Shown here: positions 25,019 through 38,097 of the stretch, piece by piece
Position numbering within the stretch: position 1 is the first letter of the stretch
Layout: each line of letters starts with the position of its first letter
Assembly (NCBI GenBank): GCA_040954595.2
Contig: CM082595.2
Span: 2,110,635-2,174,634, forward strand
Direction of reading: 5' to 3'
Origin: Balanoglossus misakiensis
Taxonomy: Eukaryota > Animalia > Hemichordata
DNA length: 64,000 nucleotides
Position numbers and translations under genes: made by a program
The notes under the pieces: generated by a model
The model's input: the letters and a program-made list of their open reading frames with translations, nothing else
Told to the model about the DNA's origin: nothing
The model's database searches: none

Positions 25019-27574
25019 ATGGCTAGAAGAATAGGCATTGCCATATTTGGCCTTGGAAGAATTGGCACCATTCACTTCGAGAATCTCCTGGCAAACTATC
25101 GCACTTCGGTGAAGTGGTTGGTTGAGGAGGACCTTGGAAGAGCAAACACAATAGTGAAGAAATATTATCTGGAAGACACAAGAGTTACTGACTGCAAAAA
25201 TATATCATGTGTTCTGGAAGACAGTAGGTGAGTGTCATGGATTGGTACATGCATGCTGACTTTTGATGCTTGTGATTGTAGACTCGCTTTATAGCAAAAC
25301 TTGGACCTTTGCTAATAGAAAATGCTAGAGTCCATGCTATGAGAGCAATACCTATTGTGGGTGAATATTCCAGTCAGAATATGGATGTTTGCCAAGTAAT
25401 GACAACATTTTTTCCATAGCCTACACAGATGTAGGGTGTTTATTACATAGTACGATGTACTTTAACCTGTCACCCTACTTCCCTCTATATAGGTCAAAAT
25501 TTACCATAGAAAACAATGGGTAATGAACAAACTAGGGTGGTGAAAGGGTTAACCAAAATCTTTGTCAGCAAGATGATGAGACCTTGAGAATATTGTCACA
25601 ACAATTTAACTGTTGCACTACAGCTGTTCAAAGGTTTTCTTGCTTTAACCCGTTCACCCCCAGTTCCCTCTTTTATAAAGGTCCGACTTTACCATAGAAA
25701 ACAAACGGTTTGGACTGAACCATTGTGGTGAATGGGTTAAGAAAAGCCACAAAACAGAAAGACTAGACATCCTTATGATAGCATTATATATTTGTGAAAT
25801 GATTAATTATGCGTCAACCATACCACAGCTGATGTATTAATCATATGCTCATCAGTGTTTTCTGCTTTACCGACAGCGTTGATGCCATTGTTGTCTGTAC
25901 TCCCACCCATACACATGAAGACATTGTACGAGCAGCTCTCAGAGCAGGTAAGCCTTTTATAAGTTTACAAAAAAAGAAAACCAAAGAGAGAAAATTATGA
26001 GAGACTTTTGAGTGTTTAAAGAAATTCCCACATCAACAAATATGGGCCTTTAAACATTGTTCTAGAACACAATTAACTTTGTTCATAAATCTTTTTCTCC
26101 AATGATTCAGGAAAGCATGTGTTCTGTGAGAAACCGATCTGTGCCACAACAAAGGCAACCCATGCATGTTATGACGATGCAGAAAAATACAAGAGAGCTT
26201 TGTATTGTGGATTCAACAGGTAAGTCATGGAACTCCTGAGTCCAAATTTGCAATTTAGGAAGATTTGGATTGTTGTCATTATTATTTCATGTTCTACATT
26301 TTCCATAATCTTCATCTTGCAGACGATTTGATCCAGCCGTGAGGAAAGTCTGTCATCGCGTCAAAGCTGGGGACATTGGAGAAATTCAACTCATAAAGAT
26401 GACAGCCAGAGATTACCCACCACCAAGTATTGCATATCTAAAACATTCAGGTACAGAAGGTTTAAACACTTTCACTGCGAACAGTACTACTCTGTGGTTT
26501 ACTGGCAACATTTTCTGCTCAGGGATGATGCCAATGCCATATTTTGTAAGGGAGCCCTCTTTATGAAAAAGGTGTATTATGACCACCATTATCAGGCTGT
26601 TAAGCCTAATTATGTGTATCTTGTCTATTTCAAGGTGGTATATTTCATGACAGCGCTATACATGATCTAGATGTTTTAAGTTGGATAGTGGGAGAGACTG
26701 CAACTTCTGTTTATGTCCAAGCTCATTGTTTCAACAAAGAAATTGCTGAATTGGGTGATGTGGACACTGCAATAACTGTTCTCAAGTTTCCTTGTGGTGT
26801 CATTGCACAGATTGACAGCAGTCGAAATGCGGTGTATGGATACGATCAGAGACTTGAGGTGAGATCCATGTCCTGTTGAAATAGAATTTTCACCTGTCCA
26901 AGAAATGTACACTGTAGATGGTACAGTAGCGAACGAACCACCTTAATGTATATAGTCACCACAAATGTACACAGTCCATAGAAAGACCATAGAAGGTGGT
27001 GGTGAAAGGGTCAATCCCCATTAGAGATGTCTTCAAAGAATACAGACGTTCTTCTAAAATCATTTCAGGTCTTTGGAAGTAATGGTATGCTACATACAAG
27101 GAACTCCAAGGCTGATGCAGAGATTGCCCATGGTCCAACGGGTTTGCAAGCCAACAAAGTATCTCAGTCATTTTCAGAAAGATATGATGCAAGTTACAAG
27201 TTGGAAATGGAGCATTTCTTGAACATAGTTGCAGGTATGTCTTCGTTCAGAGAAATGTTTTCATCCTGTCTGTGGCTGGGTGTACGTGTTTGGTTGTAAC
27301 AGTTGCTAGCAAACAATGACTTGAATCGAAATGACTAGCAACCAGATACTACAGTCTCGTGAGATTTCGCAATGAGCAGAAATCATCTATTGACGTATTT
27401 CTTCTTGATGTTTCCTTTGCAGGTATTGAAACTGAATGTGAAGTCCAGCGACAGGATACGACCAGAGTGTCACTGTTGGCCGATGCATGTCAAATGTCGT
27501 GCAGACGAGGCAAGCCTATATTTATTGTCAATGGCCAATTGAGCGAGATTCCACCTATTATGAGTGAACCATAA
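25019..27574 (+). CDS. Gfo/Idh/MocA oxidoreductase, myo-inositol 2-dehydrogenase (IolG)-like, copy 1
   Basis: GLGRIG Rossmann motif, FCEKP, GFNRRFDP, SGGIFHDSAIHDLD, YGYDQRLEVFG. Approximate exons: 25019-25227, 25877-25947, 26111-26219, 26323-26450, 26635-26858, 27069-27234, 27423-27574. Confidence 0.9.
25462..25552. mobile_element. TTAA-flanked MITE (piggyBac-like), copy A
   Basis: TTAA CCTGTCACC...GGTGAAAGGG TTAA; internal TTACCATAGAAAACAA shared with other copies. Confidence 0.7.
25645..25740. mobile_element. TTAA-flanked MITE (piggyBac-like), copy B
   Basis: TTAA CCCGTTCACC...GGTGAATGGG TTAA terminal inverted repeats. Confidence 0.75.
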
Positions 27575-28692
27575 TAGATGCAACCTGGAGTCTGAATGGA
27601 TCAAAGTAGGAATGAAACCCAAGTGCATAAACTCTTTTATCCACATGGTTTTTTTGGCATATCCCTGGAATGCCAGTTCTTCAGCATCTTGACACCACAT
27701 TGTCAGTGTTCAAAACTTTTCCAGGAAAGGACTTTTGTTGTATCAGTTGAAAAGTGGAGTACATCGGATCAGCTTTGTGTATCATATTATAGACTTCACA
27801 GGGTAATGAAGTAATTTTACTTAGATGGAGCTAGGCTATAGCAAAGGGTAAAGACTATAGCCAAGCACATTAATTAAATGCTATATATGTTTTTTTTTAA
27901 TAATAAGTTTCTGGTATTTTTTTCTCCCATTTGAGCATGCAATGCTTTTTACTTTACTCTCCAGGTACAGTAGAGTTACACTTTTCTCTGGATATTAAAT
28001 GTTCTGTGGTGTGTGTTGTAAAAATTAAAACAGCTAGACATGGCAATCAATAAAGAGAAAAACTTTTTTGAGAAATGTGTCTATATTTTTCTTTCTGTTT
28101 AAAACAAATCACTCGGCATTTTGCAACACTCAAAGTTTACGTCATCGTCGCCATTTCGCATTTCTAATCACGGAAAGGAAAGCGGTAGAAACTGGATCGA
28201 CAATATGTGACCGTGAGTGACCTGACCTTGGGTGTTTTGAAATCAACACAGTCTTGTCAGGGACAAACCACTGCGCTGTGTGGGAGGGCGGCCAAGCGAT
28301 CATTGACAAACTAATCGTGGGCAGGCTTTTAAATCAATTTATGACAATATTTCGGCCAAGTACAAAATACAGTTCCTCCTTATTGATGACGTTCTTGAAA
28401 GGGTTACATGTTTCTGGATATAGATGTGGTATTTTAAAGTAAAAATACATGTAATACCTTTCCTGAAATGTGGCATGCGCATGTGACGATCGAGTGTCAC
28501 GTGTACAAACAAAGTCACGTGGTTATTCAAATTAGTTCTCCGTGCTGTTTATCTTAAACAAGTCCAACCAAGTCCAACCGGTATAAGTCATCGTGCACCG
28601 CCACGCCGATCGATCGTGAGCTGCGTAGCCATTTCTGACCTGTAAGCGACAACGTAGAGGTTGGTCAGGGAGACAGAAAGTGCTTGGAAACC

Positions 28693-31600
28693 ATGGGTAA
28701 GTGTAATTTTCGTGTGTGTTATCCGAACACTGTCGATTTCACTTCAAAATTCGCGAGTCGCATTTCGATCGCGTTTGCGTCATATTATGTCACCAGGCGA
28801 ATTCGAACAGGCGATCCAGCGATCCAATCAGTTTGATTTTATCTATTGAGCGAGCAAGCCAATGGTTCGGGCCTCGATCGTGATGCAATGTCAAAAACGC
28901 CGCCATCTTTTATTACAGAGCCGATTTCCCATATGAAGACTTTAAGATTTTTGTGAATAATTGATTAGGGTAGTTTCCGTTCGTTCCACACAGAATCTTT
29001 AGTGGAGTTGATTATACGACATAAGATATCATCATATTTGTATGGGGGTACATCTATCCATGGATTAAGTGTCTTTGCCTTGATTGGAAATGACCTTTAC
29101 TCATGATAATAGCATTAGTTGTCAGGAAGGAACCATTTGTGGACAACGCCCCTTTTTGCACCAATCAGAGCTCAGAAATTTGCATACAATATCCGATGAT
29201 GTCAGTTGCGCACTGCGGCTGTAGTACAGGGGTCAGAGTCCTTTTCTTTGATGAAATTCATTATATAAACAATAAAACTACTTTGCCCTCTGATTAAATG
29301 TATTAAAAACAGAAAGAACATATACCCAGCTTGTGTTTGACATTTTCTGGGAAGCAGTTTTCAAATGAAAATATGTAATATGTTTGTGTAGTTTCCGTTT
29401 GTGTAGGCCTTCAAATTGTGAAAGAGCCTTGGAAAGCTAGGATGTGAAATTGACTGACCTTCTACCGTTTTTTGCTGACCTTACCTTTCAATGTCAGACA
29501 CTGCATGACTTGGTTAAGGTCAAAGTGACCTTGGAAAGAAGACTTGTTCATAGTATGTTATACATGGAGAGGCAAGATAAAAGAAATCCATGTTTAAAAG
29601 AAATCAGAACTTATTTTTTTTAGTTCGTTTTTCTCTCATAATAGACAAGAAAGTTGGCCTCGCTCTGTTTGGTCTGGGGAGAGCTGGAAGCATTCATTTT
29701 AAGAACATCATAGCCAACTACCGTGTATCCTTGAAATGGATAGTGGAGGAAGATCTAGAAAAGGCCAACCAAATGGTCAAACAGTATTTCCTAGATGAGA
29801 CTCGAGTGGCTGGGAGTATAGACTTAGCCCTGGTCTTGGAAGACAATAGGTCAGTTACAAATCATTTGTATACATCATGAAGTATTTGACAAGTTCCATA
29901 ATTTCTGCCTGGATACTGTGAAATACTTTATTTTCACTGGAATTTATTTTTGCTGACACGCACAGGGGTCAATGTCCTAGCAAATGCTGTTTATATCTAT
30001 GGTTACGTAAGCCATATTGTAACAGCCCACATCGTCCATTTCAGACACTCGCATTTGTTGAAATACATCAGTTTAATAATAGGGTTAGACAACCTTTCAA
30101 TGCATTTCACCTATGCTTTATTTATGGTATTCATATAATTATAATGAGGAAAAAAATGTTTTTATTAAAAAGCTTATAGTGAAATGTAACTTTAATATCT
30201 TCGGTATATATGCAGGTGTCATGTCACTGGACTTTTCTTTAGCTGTCTTCTCTGTCCAGGGGCAATAGTTAGGGACTCGTTAAAAAGTTCTCACAAAAAC
30301 ATCAGAGTGGGGAGTTCATTTGATATTGCCAGTCAAAGGACTGGGACTGACGACGTGGGCCAAAAACGTTATGCATGTTTTGTTTAAATTACAGCGTTGA
30401 TGCCATTGTTGTTTGTACGCCCACACAGACACATGAGCAGGTTGTACGAGCAGCGCTCAAAGCAGGTATCAGAATTTTCGAGTTATGCTTATTGTGTCAC
30501 CGAGTTTGTTTGTAGCACTTTATTTCAGAAACATTCAAATTTGTGATCTGATCTGTCTTTTAGATCTCGGTCAAAATCACACGCTCACATATGTTTCTTT
30601 TCTGTTTTTGAATGTCAATCAGGGAAATCCGTTTTCTGTGAGAAACCCATTGCTAAAACCTTAGAGAGTACCCAACTTTGCTATGACGATGCTGAAAAAT
30701 ATGACCAGACTTTGTTCTGTGCCTTTAACAGGTAAGTTTCATATTAATTGTGGAGCAGGGTGGAATCACTCTTTTCGAATACCTGGCAACATATATTAGT
30801 ATAATTGCTGTGTTTTACATGTTTTGTAAAATACACATTTGTGCTAGAGAACTGGTGACATTGACCATGAATGTATCAGCTGTGTTCATTTGCTGTGTCT
30901 TTCTGACTTTTAGGAGATTTGACCCAGCCATAAGAAGCATCCATGAACGTGTCAAGTCTGGTGAGGTCGGTCAGATACAGCACATCAAGACCACCAGTAG
31001 AGATGCACCTCTACCTCCCCTGTCGTATTTAAAAATTTCAGGTAAAAAAAAAATCGAAATTTATACCGTAACTGACATGGATGTGATCGAGTGTGCTACT
31101 TGGGGCTCTGATGGTCTTATTCATGTCAATAATACATTGCCAATATATTTCTAGGTGGCATATTTCATGACTGTGCGGTTCATGATCTGGATACAATCTG
31201 CTGGATTCTTGGTGAGGCTCCCACAACAGTCTATGCCCAGGCCCACTGCTTCAATGAAGACATCGCAGCCATGGATGATGTGGACACTGTCTCAATTGTC
31301 CTCAAGTTCCCCAGTGGTGTCCTGGCCCACATTGAACTCAGTCGATGTGCGCAGTATGGATACGATCAGAGAGTTGAGGTGAGAACATGAATCTATGTGT
31401 CACATAGGATTGAACATACTCATAGTACCAACATACCTGTGACACAGCTTAGCTTTATCAGTTCATACTCTGACATCTTCCAATATATATTTGCTATTGA
31501 TATAAATTATGCAAACTACACTCACACTATGAAAAATATATTTTTATATTTGTTGCAGGTTTTTGGAAATAAAGGGATGATACAAATAAATAATAGCAAG

Positions 31601-32162
31601 CCGTGTGAAATATCAAGCCATGGGGCTAACGGAAAGGTCGATGATCTGATCCATCCATCTTTTGCGGAAAGATATGAACAGAGTTATAAGTTAGAAATGG
31701 AACACTTCTTGAACATCGTCACAGGTTTGTACTTGGATCTCATTGCGTAAACAGTCTGATGTGGTCTGTGATTACATGAGTTCTCAATTTTGATGAAAGA
31801 CATAATGGAATCTGTCAATCAAATGAATCCTCAATTCTGATTGGCTGGAAAAGAGGGTGTGGTAGTTGATTGTCGTCTGTTGACAGGTCAGAATATTTTG
31901 CTCACATTGTGTAACGTTCTTCGTCCTTCTTCATGGACTTCGGGTTCTTGGCTACAAACAGTGAAGCTACTGTAACATACTTATAAATATTCTCTGTGTT
32001 TTTATTGCAGGAGTGGAGAGTAAATGTGAAATCAGTTGCCATGACACCATGCAGTCATCGATGTTAGCCGAAGCCTGTGAACAGTCATTCAGACGTGGGA
32101 AGCCGATTCGGATAATTAATGGTGGAATGGAATGTGCCATCAATGGTGTCAAACATCTGTAA
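28693..32162 (+). CDS. Gfo/Idh/MocA oxidoreductase, myo-inositol 2-dehydrogenase (IolG)-like, copy 2
   Basis: ATGG|gtaagt start exon (28693-28696) splices to 29645 giving MDKKVGLALFGLGRAG; FCEKP, AFNRRFDP, SGGIFHDCAVHDLD, YGYDQRVEVFG; same internal intron positions as copy 1; ends NGVKHL*. Confidence 0.9.
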
Positions 32163-33550
32163 ACGTGCAGAGGCAGACCATTTTCCTCAGTTTCTCATCA
32201 TCAATCTGATGCCCTCTGTGGCCAGTATGCTAATTTACATTTCACTCATAGTAACTCAAATCATTTCACACTCAATACAAAAAAAAAATGTGTGAGAATT
32301 ACCCTTTTAAATTTGTTTCCGTCCTTGTAAATCAGTGGACTTTTGTTTTCGTTTGTAAATCATATTTGTAATTTTTTTTCAAATTTAAGAGAAATATAGA
32401 ATAATGCAATACTTTTAATTCATTATATACATTGTATATCACTGTAAACCTTAATGTAGCATTTTTGCACATCACAAGAAAATTGCATTGGACAACATAT
32501 TTTGACCAGTAGGTGTGATACTTAGACATGGAATTTTCTGCACTGTGCAATATATTTACAGTAGATAAACATGAGGCTTGCCTGCAGCACCTTGTAAGGA
32601 TTGTATCATAGAACAGCTGTTATGCACCTGTTTGAAGAGTGAATTTTCACTACCTTAAATAGATTTTGCTACCTAGGTGAGTGATAAAAATCTCAGAATA
32701 TCAAGATGGCGGAAGCTGAACAAGTTCCACATGCTGACCGCAAAGACCAGACTTTTAGACAGAAGTCATAAAATACAGGTACATGTAACCTATCAAATTC
32801 TTACTGTACAGTGAGTTGTCAACTTTTAACCCACAATACAATTATTGTTATGTGGTTTGGCCCCTACCATAAAGTAAAAACCTTACAAGATTGCTGCAGG
32901 TCTATGCACACATAGGACAGGGTACGTAGTAGTGACGAAAGGCCAGGTCTTGTATCAAGTAAATATGAATTGTCCAATGTCTTGTGATCACATGAAGATT
33001 TTCAAAGCTTCAGGAGCACTTTCGTCCACGAGAAGCATTTCACATGTTTGATGCTGTCATGGATGAAGACTGAAAATTGTGTTGTAACAGTTTGATGTCT
33101 CAGAGAACTGGTGAATAAATGGGTTTGGGTAAACAGCCTGAACTGGAGTCATTGAATATGTCCTGTGACCAGGTTGTAAATATATTATGCCTGAATACAC
33201 AGTTTTATGGATCCGACATCCATGTAAATTTCTGTAGTCTGTCCTATCTAATAACACAGTGGTTCACACAAAAATAACAAACACAAGGCATGATTAATGC
33301 AAGCAGTAGCAGTTTTAATGGGGTTTTATTCCAGGTTCAAGAATATTGTATTGAATACACTGAATATGTTATCGTTCATATTTAATATGCAGAAAGCATT
33401 TACCCAGAACAAGCTTTCATCCCCATTCATAATTCACAGATCCATTCTCAGGACTTCAACAATGGGGTTAAACCAAAAAGTCAATGGTGAGGGGGGTCTG
33501 TTTTAATCAGTCACTGCAGATGGCTTCACTAATGAAATGTCTCATGTCCT

Positions 33551-34893
33551 TCACGCAATCTTCTCCAACCATTTCTCGACTTCTTGGATTTCCGCATCCT
33601 CATCTTCCCCCTTGTTTCCCTTGGCACTGCATTCCACAAAATCCACTTGAATGGGACTCACATGAGCGAACTCAAAATCTTTGCCTTGTCTTCCCAGAAA
33701 TTTGTTGCTGCTCACAGCTGAGCTGTCCGTTCCTCCTAATGCAGCCGAGCGTGTCACACGTAACGTGTTCCTGTGAAAACACAAGATAAACCATATCACG
33801 ATTTAACCCTTTAACCACCATGGTTAAGTCCAAGCGGGAACTGGGGGTGAAAGGGTTAAAGTTTCTGTCCCTTGAACACGGAAGAAGTGTGGAATACTTA
33901 CATTTCTTTTTCTAACTGTTTCTTGATGATATTGGCAGACTTGGCAGTCGTGACATCTGTCTTGTTACAGGCAACAAGCAATGGTGTAGCATTATAAGCA
34001 ACCACATTATCACTCAGTACATTGTACAGATGTTCAGCAACTTCTTTGATATCCTTTTGTAATGTCACGCTATCCACAACAAAAATAATGCCCCTGAAAA
34101 TACAAATAGAGTGTTAAGACATCTTGCAAAGATATGCCCTCTAGTCATTTCTACAGGCCATAATTTCCAAAACCAATATGCTTTACAAGTTTGAGACTCA
34201 TCTAAACAGTTGACCCCTGACCTGGCTTGATCTTTGAACTGGTCAAAATTCTGGTTTCTCAGTCTCTCATGTCCTGGAAGGTCAAGGACTCTAAGCGTCC
34301 CTTTCTTGTCACTTTTGACGTCATAGCTCCCAGAATTCTCTTTGATTGAAGTTTGGGTCATCACATATTTACCAGTGGTTAGCTGCAACAGAATAGAATA
34401 AAATAAGATAAAATCTGAATTTAAGCCCTGGCCAATGAAAATATATAGACCAAAGGCTTTGTCCCTTTAATATAGTCAATACTAACTTACCCTACTGTAA
34501 AGCAGAGTCTTGCCAGCATCACACAAGCCAACCAGTAGAACACCACGACGAGTATTTGCTCGGCCACTTATGAATTTCAAAAGTACTGAGAGACAAATGA
34601 TTAATAGATAAGGAGATCAGTTCTGGAACTTTAATATGGATGGAGAAAGAACGAACCTGGCCAGCTGGTCGATCATGCATGTGAACCGAAACATGTGAGA
34701 TGCCCACCGACAAACATATGTAACTGTGTTTCATCAATTCCAAAGCTTATATTAATAAAACATACTTACTAATTGTCAAAACAATAACAACTAGAGCTAC
34801 CCCGACTCCTAGAATCACAGGATCTTGTCTTGCAATCTCCTCTTTTATCATATTCACGTACTGATCGAGTCCATCCTTACTCTTCGTCGCCAT
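33551..34893 (-). CDS. SRPRB: Signal recognition particle receptor subunit beta
   Basis: N-terminal TM (VILGVGVALVVIVLTI), G1 box GLCDAGKT, TQTSI, DLPGHERLR, ACNKTD, FLGRQGKDFEF, VEKWLEKIA*. ETS motif CCGGAAGT at 34902-34909 just upstream. Confidence 0.93.
33803..33859. mobile_element. Same MITE family, internally deleted copy in opposite orientation (SRPRB intron)
   Basis: TTAA CCCTTTAACCACCATGGTT...GGGAACTGGGGGTGAAAGGG TTAA. Confidence 0.7.
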
Positions 34894-35218
34894 ATTTGAA
34901 ACCGGAAGTAGTTAAAGCGCCCCCGCGAGAGACGCGTTATAAAATCTCTTGTTTTTATGTTGCAAAATGCGATCGGAGTTTTTCCACTTCAACTGAACAA
35001 GCCCTCTTCTATTTAAGTTTTTGAAGGGAAGAAACAAGACGACAGATCCCAACAACAATTCGTCTCTTTCTCTGTTTATTGCAATTTTTCGGAACCTGGG
35101 TGTCCTAGAGTAAACCCACTCAGGACCATGGGTTACACTATTGTCCTAAATAAGAAAAGAAGCTAAATATTTCCAATGTTTTAAAACTGCCATGGAAAGT
35201 GAAACAGACACTTGGTAT

Positions 35219-38097
35219 TTATTCAATATCTTCGATCCTCTGTAGCAGAAATTCTGCAGCATCTTCTCGCATCTGTTTGTAGAACTCCTCTTGCATTTCC
35301 AACTGTTCCTTTAACCTGTTGTCAACCCAACTGTCGGGTACCACATCGGAGTTGGTGGCATATACATTGGCTTCCAGATCGTTGAGCAAGGCTTGGTCCT
35401 CTGCCGAGAGTTCCGGCATTTCAAAAGTCTGGAAGAGAGAAGGAATGGAAAGGAATTGATTGAAGGTTTGGAGGGTGACAGAGTAGATGAGTATATTAGA
35501 GAGTGTGAATGTTGTACTTGCCAGAAATTTGCTTGTAAGGTGTAACTCATAAGTTAGGAAAAGAACTCACCTCTCTTAGAGCCTTTGCATTGGCAATTCT
35601 CTTGGTCTCTCCTACTTTGACGGCAAATGTGTACCTAGCATTGGGAACATTACTGCTAGGGGGTCTAGCTGAATGTGGTATAATACCTGCAGAGGGAACA
35701 TAGTTTTTCAGATACAAGTATTAAAACCATATCACTTTGCTCAAAAGACCAAATATGGCTAGTAGAGTATAAGGTCAAAGTTCATTACCTCTAAATATGG
35801 CAATCCTTCCAAATTTGGGTTTGACAGCAGCAAGAGGTTCATATTGCTCATTCCCTTCTCCGACTTCTTGAATCGGATGGTCAGGAACTTCGTTGAAGTA
35901 GACTGTTTCTCCGTAATCGTTGGTTTTCCAGTCTGGGTTCATGTACAGCAAAAATGTGTATTCATACTGGAATGGGAGAGGGGAATGCATCAATGGCCAT
36001 GCAATAGTATACGTATATTGACTGGGCACGAGGGTAACAGGATGTACAGAGGAAACGGGGCAAATCAAGGCCTATGTACATAGCCGTGACTTACTTCATA
36101 CTTTTCACAATCTTCATGTATTCGTGTGTGATCACCAGTCCTAATGACGTTCAGCGACACATCATACGGATACCATCCCGTCTTGTTTCCACTCACATGC
36201 TGCGCCACTTGAGATACAACATCCCACATATTACTCTTGAGAAAAGATAACACCTAAAAAGAAATCAGAATATTTAAAAACTGGAGAGGACAGAGGAATT
36301 TGGAAAGATAGTCTTCTTTTTCAAACCTCCTGGCACCTTTAAAATATTTTCAAGTACACATACCGGAAACGATTTTATCCAAGCGACATTATCACTGTTT
36401 TCCCGGACTTCAGTGTCAGCATCACCGAACATCAGATTGTCTTCAACTGAAGACAGGTATGCGTAAAGAACATCAAGCTGCTCGTTTGTTAATAAATTAT
36501 CATAAACAGCAAGCACACTGAAATGAGAAGCATAATACAATGTTATTGATCAAAGCAAAGCTCTGTGACATGACTTGATCAGAGACTCTCAATTTCCCTT
36601 ACCGATTCTTGGAATCATAAAATTTTCTTGTAACATGTTCATCAAGGTTATCTTTTCGAACATTTCCAGGAAGCATTGGGAATTCATGTTTGCTGGAGTG
36701 CTCTTTTCCAAGCTCTTGTTCCTCAGTATTCTAAAAAATATGAGACAGTCAGTCATGATGTGAATATTAGTGATAATGAAATTTTTTTAATGATGGATCA
36801 TTAAATACTAAAGAAAAATACTGAAAATTAGTCGGATTTGTTACCTTTATCAAATCTTTCAATGCAGCTTCATATTTCTGCTTTGATTCTGTTGCTTTGA
36901 TGGTAATGATGTATCCTGCTTTGAAATAGTTCATCGACGGAGGATGATATAGATGTGAGAGCTTTCCATGCCAGAAAACAACACGGCCGGTTCTTGGATG
37001 TGCCGTCATGACGATACTGGAAGAACCGTTTTTGTACAGAGACAAATGTCCATAGTCATTTTTCTTGATAACTTTATTCAGGAAAAGCAGAATATGATAA
37101 TCATCTGGGGAGGTTTTTTCAAGAGTGATGCGGTCGTAACGTCGCTGGAGATTACATGTCACTGAGTATGGGTACAGTTCTTTGGACTTGGTGATGTGAG
37201 AAATAGATTCTTGTAAAATTTTCCAGACATGAGTTTTTTCAAAGAATTCCGGGGATAGTTCACTCTTCCAAGGAATGTTATTGTTGTCTTTCTCGAGTCT
37301 GGCATCACTAAATTTCCATGGTGACAGTACAAATCCATTGATTAACAAACTCTTCAGTGATTGGCCAGGCAGAAGATTATCCAAGATGGCTGCCTGGTAA
37401 CCGTCTTCTGATTGGAGGAGTTGAGTGATGTGTGCTGTGACATCATCAGTTGCTTCTTTAGCACTAACCGAGCTGTAGTTATTGAGAAGGAAAAAGGCCA
37501 AGAGAAACACACCCAGATACCCAAAATCATCCGCCATAGTCACCAATCTGTGCCATTTTCTTGCAATCTATAGAAGATAAGCAAAAGTAACAAAATTAAA
37601 ATGTTTAAGAGCTCTTGAGTGTAGGCCCATACACTCTATACCTTGAGATTGTTCTTTTGTGAGGGGGGGGGGGGGGTCAAAATGCTTGAGTCAACTTGAG
37701 AAAGTTTGTGAAGTTCGCATGAGTATTCCATTTAAATTCCCGACTAATTATTTCTTCCATTTATAACATTCCTTTTTTCTTGGTCTTTACAGGTGACAAA
37801 TGAACAACAAAATAGACTTTGACACCTTGGTACCTGTTTTGAAAACTGTGAGTATATAGTAACTTCCTGTTTAATTGACATTTCTCAGTTTGTCCTTTCG
37901 ACCTATTTATAGTGTGTTTATACAAGCTCGCCGAAAATGTCAGGCCAGCTTTGGAGTAGGGAGGCCGCGGGCGACGCAGTCTAGCCAAAGACGGACACTC
38001 CCCACACTCTTACTCGTAGGGATAAGGTCAAAGGTCGCCGTGTACTCACCGAACTTGAGAAATGTTCTCGATTCAACCTTAGATTACAACCAGCCAT
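35219..38097 (-). CDS. Uncharacterised protein with signal peptide/anchor and two tandem 2OG-Fe(II) oxygenase (prolyl-hydroxylase-like) domains
   Basis: Hydrophobic YLGVFLLAFFLL segment. Domain 2 has IHED (HxD), YTFLLYMNPDW..DYGETVY, PKFGRIAIFRGIIPH (distal His) and RYTFAVK; domain 1 aligns but lacks HxD. ATG at 37537, or in-frame upstream exon 38097-38050 spliced to 37567. Ends QRIEDIE*. Confidence 0.8.

Noticed and set aside
25019-32162. Bacterial contamination or recent horizontal transfer of the IolG-like genes
   Set aside because: Both have multiple canonical spliceosomal introns and sit among animal genes.
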